From Azolla caroliniana (lineage: Eukaryota; Plantae; Polypodiophyta), in the NCBI GenBank assembly GCA_043228905.1, contig JBHGNT010000004.1, positions 7,192,001 through 7,256,000 on the forward strand: a stretch of 64,000 bases of DNA, given 5' to 3'. Below the pieces are notes generated by a model. It searched no databases, had not been told where the DNA came from, and worked only from the letters and a program-made list of their open reading frames with translations. The translations under genes were made by a program, and so were the position numbers. How positions within the stretch are numbered: position 1 is the stretch's first letter; every line of letters begins with the position of its first letter. Positions 46,969-61,189 of the stretch are shown here, in pieces.

Positions 46969-49658
46969 CGAAGGTTTCGTATCTCTGTTGTAACCGCCGA
47001 CTGTGGCGAAGATACCATGCTCGAGGTCGTTGCCTTGGTGCTCCACCATTGTACATTCTTATATACTGATAGTGCACTTGGAGAAGTGCACTGATTGTCT
47101 GGCCGGTAAACAAAACCGGACCTCCTTCCGATCGAGGCCACCGATGAGACGTAATGCACCACTGGAGTTGGTGCATACTGATGTATGTCAAGTGGATACG
47201 AAGTCACATGCCGGATCGCAGTACTTCGTGACGATCATAGATGACCACAGCCAGAAGCTGTGGGCCATGCCGTTGAAGACGAAGGATCAGGTGTTATCTG
47301 TCTTCAAAGAGCTCCATGCGAGAGTGGAAAGAGAAACCGGCCGGAAGCTGAAGGCGGTTCGAGCAGATAACGGAGGTGAATACCGGGGAAAGTTCGAGGA
47401 GTATTGTCGCTCGAAGGGAATCCGACTCGAATTTACCGTGCCGAAGACGCCGGAACTAAACGGGCTGGCCGAGAGGATGAACCAGACCATAATGGAGAGG
47501 GTCCGGAGTATGCTGGCACATGCAAAATTACCCAAGACGTTTTGGGTTGAGGCGCTGTTGACAACGACGTATGTGATAAACAGATCACCCTCAGTGCCCT
47601 TGGATGGAGACACACCACAGAAGGTGTGGACTGGGAAGGAAGTGTCCTACCGGCATCTAAAGGTGTTGGGGTGTCTCGCATACGTGCATGTTGCAAAGGG
47701 CCGGAGAGGAAAGTTGGATCCAAAGACCTGGCCATGCATATTCCTCGGATACGGCGAGTGTGGGATCCGGTTGACAAGAAGGCTTTCCGGAGTCGAGATA
47801 TTATCTTCATGGAGGACAAGACCCTTGCCGATTGGGAGTCAGAGAAGAAGATAATGAGCTCCGATGAGATTCGAACACACCCGCCTAAGAGCCGGTTGAC
47901 ACTCGAGGAACCAGCCGGTTACGGTGAGAATACTGAACCGGCAGAAGAAGAAGTAGAGGAAGCTGAAATCGGAACCGGCCAAGACCCCGAATCGGATTCG
48001 GATGAAGAAAAAATAGTGGAGATTTCCGGATGCAAAGCATGTGCTGCTGACCGATGAGGGAGAGCCGGAAAGCTTCGAAGAAGCGAAGGATAACACCCAT
48101 AGGCGCAAATGGTTAAGTGGACCATACGTACGAATTGGTGGAGTTGCCGAAAGGAAAGCGTGCACTCCGAAACAAGTGGGTGTACAAGTTGAAACCGGGA
48201 GATGGCGACAACCCCCCGAGATACAAAGCCAGGATCGTGGTGAAGGGGTTCCAACAGAAGAAGGGTGTGGACTTCGACGAGATATTTGCCCCGGTAGTAA
48301 AGATGACCTCCATCCGGACGGTGCTGAGTATAGCGGCAAGCATGGACCTCGAGGTAGAGCAGCTAGACGTGAAGACGACATTCCTTCACGGTGACCTCGA
48401 ACAGGAGATCTACATGTAGCAACCGGAAGGATTCGTGGAGAAAGGGAAGGAGCACCTGGTTTGCCGGTTGAAGAAGAGCCTGTACGAACTGAAGCAGGCT
48501 CCCCGACAATGGTACCGGAGGTTCGACTCCTTGATGACAGATCAAGGGTACCACAACACGCAGGCCGATCATTACGTGTTTGTGAAGAAGTTTGAAGGAG
48601 GCGACGTCCTGATACTCCTTCTGTACGTGGATGACATGTTGATCGTCGGACGGGACCAAGCCAGAATACGGATGCTAAAGAAGGCTCTCAACCAAACTCT
48701 CGCAATGAAAGACTTGAGTTCGGCAAGACAGATGTTGGGGATGCATATCATCCGGAAACGGCCAACGAAGCCATTGTGGTTGTCACAGGAGAAATACGTG
48801 AAAAAGGTACTTTAGTGGTTCAACGTGTTAGAAGCGAAACTGGTTGGATCGACACTCCCGACAAACTGCAAATTATCTGGTAAGCAAAGCCCAAAAACGA
48901 AAGCAGAGAAGGCTGATATGATGAAGGTTCCATATGCCTCTACCGTCGGGAGCTTAATGTACGCAATGGTGTGTACCCGACCGGATATAAAATACGCAGT
49001 CAGAGTGGTGAGCCGGTTTATGAGCAATCCTTGCAAGGATCACTGGAACGCGGTCAAATGGATACTCCGGTACTTGAAAGGCACTTCGAACATGTGTCTC
49101 CGATTCGGCTCCGGTAAAACTCAACTTGATGGTTTTACCGATTCAGACATGTCGGCTGATGTGGATACCAACGGTCTACATCCGGGTATGTAATGACATA
49201 TGCAGGGGGAGCTGTTTTGTGGCAGTTGAGGCTGCAGAAGACGGTTGCGTTGTCAACCACAGAGGCGGAGTACATGGCGGCTGTGGAAGCCGGCAAGGAA
49301 ATATTATGGATGAAGGACTTCATCGGAGAGCTCAGTATTTGGCAAGATGAATACCGTCTCTATTGTGATAGTCAAAGTGCCATCCACCTTTCTAAGAACG
49401 CATCGTACCATTCCAAGACGAAGCACATCCAACGGAGGTATCACTAGATCCGGGAGTGAGTAGAAGATCGAGAGTTCGCGCTGACGAAGATCCATACGAC
49501 CGAGAACGGGTCAGATATGCTAACCAAAGCACTGATACCCGACAAGCTAGATGCTTGTCGGAAGCGGATCGGACTAGTAAGACTCCCCATGCCGGAGTGA
49601 AGGGGGAGTTTGTTAGGAAACAGGTCCGTTCGGATGGGAAGTGAGAAGAACAGTGTTG
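46593..49658 (+). mobile_element. Internally deleted Tork-like copia: partial LTR (46593-about 47070) fused to INT-RT-RH, PPT and the first ~48 bp of a 3' LTR
   Basis: TGTTGGGAGATAGG start, HLEKCTDCLAGKQ, YVDD, and GAGTGAAGGGGGAGTT followed by TGTTAGG at 49611. Confidence 0.88.
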
Positions 49659-52431
49659 TCAAGAAGAGAACTTGTCTTTACAAACCGTAAAGACAAGCAT
49701 CCTAAATGAGGAGGCAAGGAGGAAGGACAAGGGAGTCATGTCCCAGTCGGAGTCGAATGTAACACAACATTCGGATAGAGGAAGGAACCGGCAAAGAAGT
49801 CCACCAAGGAGAGAAAAGTCCCAAGCCAGATCGAAGTCCAGAGGTAAGCTATTGTGCTTTTACTGTGGTAAACCTGGGTACTTCCAGAAGGACTGCAGAC
49901 ACATGAGAAAAGACAAGGGTGTCGGAAACAATGTCGAACCCAGGAAGATTCCTGATGAGAAGAACACTTCTGCTATTGCTACGAGCAATGAAGAACTGTT
50001 GTTCATCTGCGAACAGACAAGTGCAAATCTTGCAAGTGAAGAATGCACTTGGGTGATCGATTCTGGGGCATCGTTCCACATAACTCCGTCGAGAGAGTAT
50101 TTCTCGACTTACATAGCCAGAGATCACGGTTATGTGAAAATGGGTGATAGTGGAGAGTGCAAGATAGCCGGAGTCGGAAGTGTTCGCTTGACGACATCGA
50201 CTGACTCTGAAGGATTTTTGACACGTCCCCGATATCAGATTGAATCTGATATCGATGAAGGCTATAGTGGTAGGTTTTGGAATGGCAAGTGGAAGTTCTA
50301 CCGAGGAAATCTTATAGTGGCCCGAGCACAGGGGGAGTTTGTTAGGAAACAGGTCCCTCCGGATGGGAAGTGAGAAGAACAGTGTTGATGAGCAAACTCG
50401 GCCAAGGAAGAAACCGGATGTGGATTACCCGGCAACGGAAGACCCGGTGAGAACCGGATGACGAGTACCCGGCAAAAGAAGACCTGGTGAGAACTGGATG
50501 TGGAGTACCCGACAACGGAAGACCCGATGAGAACCGGATGATGAGTACCCGGCAAGGAAGGCCCGGTGAGAACCGGATGACGAGTACCCGGCAAGAGCCG
50601 GATGGTGAAGGCCCGGTGAGAAGTGCTCACCGGATGAAGGGACATATTCGTAAATATGTTTTCTAAGAGTCCATCGGGGCTATATTTGTAGATAGCCGAA
50701 AAGTCATATTAGTATAAATATGACTTAGGGCAAACTTAGTATAGAGTAGTTGTTATTCTTGTTGGTGCAAGATTTGAGTGCGTAACTGTGTACAGAGAGA
50801 GAGAGAGAGGAAGAGGTCATTGCCTCTGTTGTAACCGCCGCCTGTGGCGAAGATAGCAGGGAAGAGGTCGTTGGCTCGGTGCTTTACTATTGTACATTGT
50901 GATATAGTGATAGTTTGCAGTCTGTGGGCTGCCGTGGTTTTTCCCTAGTTTGGGTTTTCCACGTTAACATCCTGTGTACTCTTCTCTTTACTATGTTGTG
51001 CATTCATTATCCGTTTTCTGTGTTTGATCCTAGGCTCGGTTGTGGCCGAGCATTGTTCATTGGGAGCGTGTATTCCTGTCAGAAGGCACATTATATATGA
51101 TACATGCCCGATTATGCAAATTAGATGTAAATGTGGCAGCCGACTTGGTAGGAGAGAGATGGCATAAGAGTCTGGGACACATGAGTGGGAAAGGAATGCA
51201 CTTGCTAGCTAATCGAAAGCTTCTACCAGAAGCCAAGGTAGTGCACCTAGACAAGTGCGTCCACTGCTTGGTTGGAAAGCAGAACAGATCAACATTCCAC
51301 ACAAGACCACCAAGAAGAAGAGAGGTTCCACTGGAACTGGTACACACGGATGTGTGTTATGTAGATGCTCCATCGCATCGAGGTGGACAGTACTTTGTGA
51401 CATTCATCAACGACTATAGTCGGAAGACATGGGTCTTCGTACTGATGTCAAAGGAGCAAGTACTGTCGGTTTTCAAGGAGTTTCAGGCTAGAGCTGAACG
51501 AGACTCGGGTCGAAAGTTGAAGGTTGTTCGAACCGACAACGGTGGTGAGTATAGAGGGAAATTCAAAGAATACTGCAAGTGCCAAGGTATTCGGATCGAA
51601 TACACAATGCCGAAGATCCCAAAGTTGAACGGGCTTACAGTGAAGTAGAGGGAGTTCTTGCTTCACTGTGACGGCCAGAGTGTCGGACATCTTGCCAAGA
51701 ATGCTGCATATCACTCCCGGAGCAAGCACATACAAAAAAGGCATCACTGGTTGCGGGAGAGGGTCGAAGAAGGAGAGTTCACACTTGTGAAGATCCACAC
51801 GGATAACAATGGATTCGACATGCTCACGAAGAACCTACCTATGGACAGACTTAAAGTTTGTCGACAGAAGACAGGATTGACAGACTCCCTCGCACAAGAG
51901 TGAAGGGGGAGTTTGTTGGGAATATGTCCCGCCAATGGGAGGAACCGACTATTCGGAAGTAACCGACAACTGATAGCCGACAGTCGAAGAGTCGACACAG
52001 AGAGTCGATTGTTTGAACAGATTATTATTATTATTATTATTATTATTATTGTTATTATAGTAATCATAATAATCAATGATATGTAGTAGTGGCTACAATT
52101 GTAAATAGCCCATACAATGTATCAGTTGATATACATCTACAACAAACAGACGTATAAGCGTGAGGTGTGCATAAAAGAGAGAGAGAGAGCGGCGCCATAG
52201 TTGTGTGTGTAACAACAAATGTGAAGAACCCTATGTGGTTGATACACTCATAATCAGAGTGTTGTAATCACTGTCCTTGACATCCACTGTATAGTGAAGT
52301 TTTTCCTCTCCCGTGGTTTTCTCCTGTTTTAGGGTTTCCACATAAATATCTATGTACTATGTCGGAGTGTGGTTGTGTTGTGTATTTTCAGTATCGTTTG
52401 ATCTTGTGGGTTTACGAATCGATTCTCAATA
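49659..52431 (+). mobile_element. Fragments of a further Tork-like copia (family F): gag end/PR 49659-50330, INT plus RH end 51082-51903, 3' LTR 51914-about 52431
   Basis: CFYCGKPGYFQKDC and WVIDSGASFHIT. ...NLIVARAQ | EGTLYMIHA... is continuous across the inserted LTR. A PPT precedes 51914. Confidence 0.82.
50340..51081 (+). repeat. Complete Tork-like LTR with a ~40-bp variant of the U3 array
   Basis: TGTTAGGAAAC...CCTGTCA, with units like GAACCGGATGACGAGTACCCGGCAACGGAAGACCCGGTGA at about 50410-50600. Confidence 0.88.
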
Positions 52432-52778
52432 GTTTGGGTTCAGCGGGCCAAACGATGGACTGATTCGGAATGACTAGTCGGATGATGAACTAGCGAGTAC
52501 TGGAGACTTTGTCGTGCTATCCCCGTGCAAGGAACCGAGGAGACGGTTCATATGCAAAGAGAACGGGAAGAAGAAGATGTTGGGATATGACACCGGTAGT
52601 TAAGGGTAAGATTGGAGCAAATCTGACTCCGGGAAGTATGAAGGCGGAACTTCAAAAATGAAGTCCGAACCGGCCAAGAAGGGCCTCAAACCAGCTGCCG
52701 AAAAATTGCGTCGGTCAACCCACCAAAAGATCCCCGTAAAACGGTACGGATACAATGAGTACATGGCGCATCACTATG
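52432..52778 (+). mobile_element. Family-G copia INT-RT linker fragment
   Basis: Colinear with about 38194-38540 (ends ...GYNEYMAHHY). Confidence 0.85.
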
Positions 52779-52814
52779 ATTGGAGCCTGGGGGCTTCATT
52801 GTCAAAACTTGTAT

Positions 52815-55800
52815 GATAACACGTGAGTTCATCAAAAGGGGTTTAAATTAATCAGTGAGATACAGAATATATATATATAAGGGTATTAATAAGAATTTGA
52901 AAATACATTTACATAAGGGTATTATCAATTATGCTGGAAAAAAAAATTACATAAGCCTGTGGAATATTAGATATTTCAATGAGATAGTAAAGAATGTATT
53001 ATGCAAACAGTACTCAAATTTGGAGTAGCATATATACATACATAAATACATACACATGCATGCATCCATATATACCTACATTCAAATATTACATCCATGA
53101 ATATGTATATACATACATTACACCCATTTATACATGCATACTGACTAAACATAAATATATGTACAAATATATATGACCATATGTAAATATGTACATACAC
53201 ACATACATGCATTACATACTACATACATATTAGAATCGGCCATATATATTGACATAATATATACATAATACATACATTTGCCCCCCCCCCCCCCCCCCCC
53301 CCCCCCGCTCCTAAATACCGCCCCCTCGTTTTGGCTAAAAATTGTCCCTTCCCATCTCCATCTCCATCTCCATCTGCATGTAATGCCCCCCCCCCCCCCC
53401 CCCCCTTCTCTTCCCCTTCCTTTGAATGCCCACACCATGGCCTTTGCGAAATTCACCATAGGGATATCTCAGATGTAGATCTCATCGAAGAGAAATCTCA
53501 AACACAAGCTCAAGAAAGAAAATTGGGAGGAAATCTGTCCCCAAATTCTGCATTTTGGTTGGATCTGACCTCAGGGTAGCTATCCCACCAATTTACTACC
53601 CTTTTGCTGCTCTCTTTTCTTTTTCCCTCCATTAAACCATTCTCTGTAGCTCCCCTCAAATCTACTAAAAATTGTTTTTTTGATTAAGTTCATCCGTTGA
53701 TTAACCCCTTGCATACTCCATGAATTCTCCCCTAGTCACTCCCCGCCCATCCCTAATTACGTCGTCAATCATCCACTCCTAATTGCACCATTAATCATCC
53801 CACCCCCACTCACTAATCGCAGCACTCGGATATATATAGATATATATGTATGTATGTATACACATTTTTACAATTTGCAAACATATTTTATATATTACAT
53901 ATTACACACATATATTATTATACACACAATTTTATAGAAATGCAAATATACAAACCAAACAGAATAAAATAAATTACATATTATATATGTATATACACAT
54001 ATACACACATTCCATACATACAATACAATACAATATGTACATACATACACACACAAACATAACACACATCACATATGCATACCACATACATGCATATATA
54101 CCCTACATTCAAACATTACATCCATGAATATGTATATACATACATTACACCCATTTATACATAGATATTGACTAAACATAAATATATGTACAAATATATA
54201 TTACCATATGTCATGCACATACACACATGCATTACATACTACATACATATTAGAATCAGCCATGAAAGAAAGAAATATATATATATTAATGTCTTCTAAG
54301 ACCAAAATTGGCCCATGAGACAATTGGTTTACAACAAAAATGGGGTATTTACCCATTCATCGAAAGTAAAAAACATATATATGTATTATGTATATATGTG
54401 TGTATTGACATACATATATACATAATACATGCAATAAAATTACATATTACATATATACATACACAAATGCATATATACATACAAAACACAAAAAATTAAA
54501 TTACATATTATATATTATATATGTACACATACACCTAAATATTAATACCTAAGATTACATATATATTATATGTATACAAATTTTCATATTTACAATTTAC
54601 AAACAAGTTACATATATTACATATATGTATATTATGTATATACACGTGCACACACACATAAATAAATTAGATATTACATAGCATATAATCCATACGTATT
54701 ACACAATATACAAATTTACACATACATAAATTACATATATAGATACATACATAGATATATTACAATGTACATATGTACATACATATTCCACATATCACCA
54801 TATATATAGATTCTATTGGACCATACAAACCACAATAGTTACAGACACACACACAATAGATATATGTATACTTACACATACATTGAATATATACATGCAT
54901 ATTACGTACATATTACAAACATACATCCATATACGAGCCATATACATACTAAACATGAAAATATCCCAAAAATATACATACATAAATACATTACATATAT
55001 ACACATACATACATTCATACATATGACCACATACACACACACACATATACACACACACACATATACATACACATACATACATTGGATATATACATACATA
55101 TTATGCATATATTACAAACACATTCATACTCATTGAATGATGTATATTGACATATACATATATGCATACACATACATACATTACATATGTACATACATGT
55201 TCCACATATCACCATATATATACGTACATATGTGTGCAATGTTATAAGTTTTACAAACAGACATCCATACACATAAATACATTACATACACATGCATACA
55301 TACATTACATATGTACATATATATCATCACCAACTACAATAAATACATATATACATACACATACATAAATATTACGAATAAACATCCACACACTCATGTA
55401 CGCATATATGCAACCACTGTTACACATACATACATGACATATTACATATATACACATATGTACATTCATGCATGAACATACATACATTGCATATGCATAT
55501 ATTACAATCACACATTCATATACATTGAATCATGTACATTGACATATGCATATATGCATATACATACATACATTACATATGCATACACATATGTACATTC
55601 ATACATGGACATACCTATATTCATTTATACATTACTACATATACATACATTAGATATATATGTACATAAATATTATGCACATATTACAATCACACATCCC
55701 ACACATTGAATCATGTACATTGTCATATGGATATATGCATACACATACATGCATGTATCGATACACATACACACATACATACATACATACTATGCATATA

Positions 55801-55880
55801 TGCATACACATACATACATATATGACATATGCATATATGCATCCACATATGTACATTCGTACATGGACATACATATAGTC
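52815..55880. repeat. AT-rich (TA/CA/TACA)n low-complexity unit, diverged direct repeat of about 58895-60150
   Basis: Both copies start with GTGAGTTCATCAAAAGGGGTTTAAATT...GAGATACAGAAT...AAGGGTATTATCAATTATGCT and share later blocks. Confidence 0.75.
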
Positions 55881-58185
55881 TTTTATAAGGTTGCTTGCAA
55901 ATGTTGATTGCAAGGTTAAAATATGTGATTTCGGATTGACAAGAGTTGTATTTCATGACATCCCAACGACTATATTCTAGACAGTATAGTAATCTATTTA
56001 AATATACACATTTCATGTTCTTAACGCACAGTTTGCAATCTTTAGGTGCCGAAGAAGGTACACTCTCATTGAACTTGTTTCATCTTTGATGAATATGAAA
56101 GTAGAGTTTGTGCTTGTATCTATTCTAGTTCAAGTCCAAGAAGAGATTGCTAAAAGTTTTACTAGTTTTTGTGAAGGCCTTAGTAAATCCTTACTTCAAG
56201 GGCTTAGCTAAGGCAACCCATCAGTAAGTTGGAGTTTGAATTCGAGAGGAGAAGAGTTTCAAAAAAGTATGTAAGGGAACTCATATATCGAGAGGTAATA
56301 TAAACTTTGGTTTACTGTATAATTTCATAATTATAATGGTATTGATTGAGCCTTCTCTAATTTTTATGAACATCCTTTTTTTATTGCCATTATTAGATCC
56401 TCGAGTATCATCTACGTATGCTCAAGGATTGTTTGAGTGGAGGGATAGGCCCAACTTTTTGTATCCCAGGTTTCTATTGAATGATTTAAAACGGTTAGTT
56501 GTCATTGGTGGCCAACCATGTTTATTTGCTTGCTTGTTTGATGGTGGTAGAAACATACATCTTTGTCTAGGTTGTTCTTAAATATGTAAATTTGTTTTTT
56601 TATTACTGATCATGAATCCTCATAGTTGTGGATCTATTTATTCATGATTATTTACCATAAATGTTCATAGTTTTGAATATGCACACATATGGTTGATGTA
56701 TTGATAGTATACGATGGTTCTCATATGGTCTTGTAGTAACACTAAAGTTGAGAAATTGAAGCATTAGTTTTCCAAGGATGCCTTACATATAATATATCAT
56801 CTATAAAAACCATATAAGAGTTATATGAGGCCCATGGTGTAGGTACATACTTGTGTCCCACGTCATGAACATTAATAACTTGACTTATTCTCAAATACGT
56901 TTTTGAATTTTACAGCAAGAAATTTGAAACCCCCAAAAATTTGGAAAAGAATATATTTTGGATAAAATTTAGAATTTTTTTTGAATGTAAGTCATTGATA
57001 TTTGAAATACATAAGCTAAGATTAGATTGTTTTGTCATAAAGAAAGTATAAGAGCTTTGTTTGGACCCAATCATATAGAAATCCTATATCAATGATCCTT
57101 AATAACTATTATGGTATTTTTTATGATGATTTTGTTTATGAGTTACTGATTTTGATAGAAATGCAACTTTTGCTTTTCCTCATGCCTTGCATGAACTACT
57201 CAGAAGGAAATGAGTAACCAAGAGAGAAACAAGAGTCATCCTCCCTGAAAGGTCATATCATTGTGATTTAGTAAGAAAGTATGAAACAAACCAAAGATGT
57301 GGAGAGGGCGTAGAGTGATGTCATGGTTATAATATAGGTCCAACATTGAAGATAGAAACTACATGAAATCTATAACCTAAAATAAGCTTCTTTGGGTTTT
57401 CTATTTATATTGTTGGTCTTTATGAAGATAACCTTTATTGTAATAAGTATTTTAAGTAGACATTGAACAACAAAATGATTATTATTTTATCTCATTTTTA
57501 TGGTGTGATGTCTTACATTTCAAATGGAAATATAACATAAGTTGTCATTTGTTTGATCAATGTGTTTGGGAAAAAATAATGTAGTGGCTTCTTATGAGTT
57601 TATCCATGAAACCAAACATAATATTAATTTGTTAGTAATTTCATTATTGATATGCATTTGGATTGTCCCATGTGTGCTCTTTGAGATATGTATGTCAAGT
57701 TCAAGATTGATTTTTTTGTAAATTACATTCTTTTTTATCACTTCATATTCATATGTTTAAATAAACTATCGACATGAACTTATATGTGGCTTATATATGA
57801 TATACGTCTAATGTTTTTGGGTAATGTTTTTGAATTATTTGTGTATTACTATATACTTTACACATTGTGTTTTCAATTTATGTGGTACTTGATGAAGCAT
57901 TTCTACAAAATTGCATATGATGTTTAATGTTCTTTCACAAATTTGTGAGTCATCAATTGTAAAGAGGGTCATAGATCCATTCTAGGTTTCTTGGATTAGA
58001 AACTATGTGTGCATGTATATTTTCTATGTAAGGGCATTTAAAATGGGTGGTTATCAAAAAATATATTGGTAATAGGGGGTATTTTTATTAATCCTTTTTG
58101 TTTTACAAAAGGGCCTCTAAAATAGTAAAAAACTTACATATAAGGGGTTTATAAATGATGTCATGAACGCACGTGATACAACCTT

Positions 58186-58835
58186 CTTATATATAGTGGA
58201 GTCCTCGGGGATTGGAGCAACTATGTCTCCTAGTCATATAAAATGCACCAGTACCTGCTGGGGCATGAATACTAGAGCTACGTGGAAGGTGTGAATGTAG
58301 CACCGCTGGATTCGGCACACAAGGACTTCCCGGCATGGGAGCAAGGAGCGAACAAAGTGTTGTACTGCCTCGCATCCTGTGTGCACGACCAGATGCTCGA
58401 CTACATTAGGGATGCAAAAATGCTGAAAGAGGCCTCAGAAAATCTCCGGAAGATTTTCACCACAAGTACCATGGCTCGGAAGTTGTAGCTCCGGCAAGAT
58501 CTCAACAATATCCGGCAACAGGACATCCGGTCACCGTCTACACCGACTACGCAATAGCGGCGAATGGCAAGACCAAAATCGGAGGCACGGAGATAGTTTC
58601 GACAACAGTTTCGTACCCTCCACAAGCAGGGGGAATCCAGACGGCACCAAAAACTGGCAATCGAAAGCCGACACAGAATGCTAGTATTGTGGCAAGAAGG
58701 GCCACCGGGAAAGCGAGTGCTAGAAGAAGCGCGCCTATTCAAATAAATCTGGATCCGGTAAGGCCGGTCAAGGGAACTCACAAAGCTCGCACTATGCTGA
58801 AGGATCAAAAGGATCTGGGACCGGAAGACCGGAAA
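58186..58835 (+). mobile_element. Family-G copia gag fragment
   Basis: SYKMHQYLLGH, HKDFPAWEQGANKVLYCLASCV. 58730-58832 matches 43885-43987. Confidence 0.85.
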
Positions 58836-60268
58836 AGGGGTTTAAATTGACCACTAAGATCAATTTAGATGTCCAAGGGGCTTTTGAAGACCGATAGCAT
58901 GTGAGTTCATCAAAAGGGGTTTAAATTGACCACTGAGATACAGAATGTATATATATGTATAAGGGTATAAATAAATCTTTGAAAATATATCTACCTAAGG
59001 GTATTATCAATTATGCTAGAGAAAAAAATTACATAAGCCCATGAAATATTAAATATTTCAATGAGACAATAAAGAATATATTATGCAAACAATGCTCAAA
59101 ATTGGAGTAGCATATATACATTATACATACATACATACATATACATGCGTGCATGCATATATACCTACATTTAAACATTACATGATACATCCATTAATAT
59201 GTATATACACACATTACACCCATTTATACATGCATAGTGACTAAACATTGAATATATTATATTTGTACAAATATGTATTACCATATGTAAATATGTACAT
59301 AAATACAATACATACTACATATATAAATACATGCATACATATCTAGATATATATAAATGCATACATTCTACATACATATCAGAATAAGCCATATATATTG
59401 ACATACATATATACATAATACACCCATTAAAATTACATATTATATATATACATACACATTCTTACAAACTATTTTATATATTACATATTACACACAAATC
59501 ACAATTATATACAAAAACATGTTGTGGTGTGCATGTGTGCATTTCACAATATATACATACCAAACACAAAAAATTTACATACATAAATAAATTGCATATT
59601 ATATATACACATAAATATAGAAGATTACATATTATATTTAATACAAATCTACATACATACAAACAAGTTACATATATTACACACACACACACACACACAC
59701 AAATAAATTACATACTACATATCATATAATCCATACATATTATATGATATACAAATTTACATACACATACATACAAACAAGTTACATATATGTATTACAC
59801 ACATACGCATAAATAAATTACATGCTACATATCATATAATCCATACATATTATATGATATACAAATTTACATACACATACATACATACATAGATACATAC
59901 ATATTCCACATATCGCCATATATATAGGCTATACGAAACCATACAAAATACAATACTTACATATATATACATATATACATTCATACACACACATTGGATA
60001 TATGTATACTTACATATACATCGGATATATACATGTATATTATATGCATATTACAAACATACAACCATATATGACCTATACACACACACACAAATATACA
60101 TATCCACATACATAAACATGCACATGTATAGAAGATATATACACACAGTAGAACACTCTTTTTAAAACGCCTCTTAAAGGGGATGCTAATTGTTTTAAAA
60201 AAAAGGGGGAAGAAAAGGGGGGAGATTATATATGTGATGTGTTTTAGTAAATATTGGGGGGAAAAAGA

Positions 60269-60303
<35 letters not shown>

Positions 60304-60347
60304 CTCTTTGTCTCCTCTTTCACCCCCCTCCCCATCTCAAAGCTTCC

Positions 60348-60810
60348 ATGGCCATTGTAGATCTCGAGTATCGCTACTTCATTGGAGGTCTCGTATGGAC
60401 CACCGATGATCCCAGGATACTTCGGCGAAGTTGTCAACTCCAAGGTTATCAATGACCATGATACGGGACAATCACGAGGCTTTGGCTTTGTGACATTCTC
60501 TGATGAGCAAGCGATGACAGGTGTGATTGAGTCGACGAATGGAAAAGAGCTCGATGGAAGGAACATTACTGTGGACTAAGCTCAGGCAAGATTGGGTGGG
60601 GATGATAGAGGCTATCGTGCCTCCAATGGAGGTGGTGGTTCAGAATATAACAGGGAGAGATCAGATGGAGGAAATGGAGGATAGTGGTTGTGGTTGTGGC
60701 GGTGGCTATAATGATACCAATGGTGGTGGAAATGGTGGCTATGGTGGTAGCAATCGCAGTGGTGGTTATAGTGGGGTAATAAAAGGTATTCAACCGGTGG
60801 CTCAGATTCA
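60348..60810 (+). pseudogene. Processed pseudogene of a glycine-rich RNA-binding protein (GRP7/GRP8-like RRM + Gly-rich tail)
   Basis: MAIVDLEYRYFIGGLVWTTDD /frameshifting deletion/ FGEVVNSKVINDHDTGQSRGFGFVTF...NGKELDGRNITVD*AQAR, then GGGGY-type repeats. RNP2 and RNP1 are recognisable and there is no intron. Confidence 0.88.
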
Positions 60811-61189
60811 CAGAATTGGAGGAAGTAAACAAAATGAAAACTTTACAAACTTTTGTTTATAAACTGAGAGAGAGAGCATGATTGACCTCCTCTTCGAAGT
60901 AGTTCTCTATCGAGCAAGGATGTGCAAGACGAGCTACAAGAAGGTGCGAGAGTTTTTTGTTTTTTACATTGATTTCTCCATTGTTCTCTATATAATCCTG
61001 AAATGCTTAGGATTGCTAATTTTGTAAACAAAACATTGATTTTAAGAATTATTTGGTTTTCTTTTCTTCATATGTAATTTCTGAATTGATTTTTATAATC
61101 TTGCATCTTGAAATTGTACTATAACATCTTTTGCTTTTGCTGAAATTTTATTGTTCTTTTTTTTGTTTATTTTTATTTAACTTTGATTT

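Noticed and set aside
46588-51086. Pairing the LTR at 46593 with the LTR at 50340-51081 as one element with a TSD
   Set aside because: The flanks (AGAAG vs GAAGG) do not match, and the LTRs differ in their 5' ends and array type.
52976-56016. Many His/Tyr/Ile/Cys/Val-rich ORFs
   Set aside because: They are translations of TA/CA microsatellite-like DNA on both strands with no domain signal.
55900-57400. Possible degraded intron-containing gene or transposase (also 62900-64000)
   Set aside because: There are scattered exon-like patches, but I could not recover any recognisable protein motif. A translated homology search is needed.
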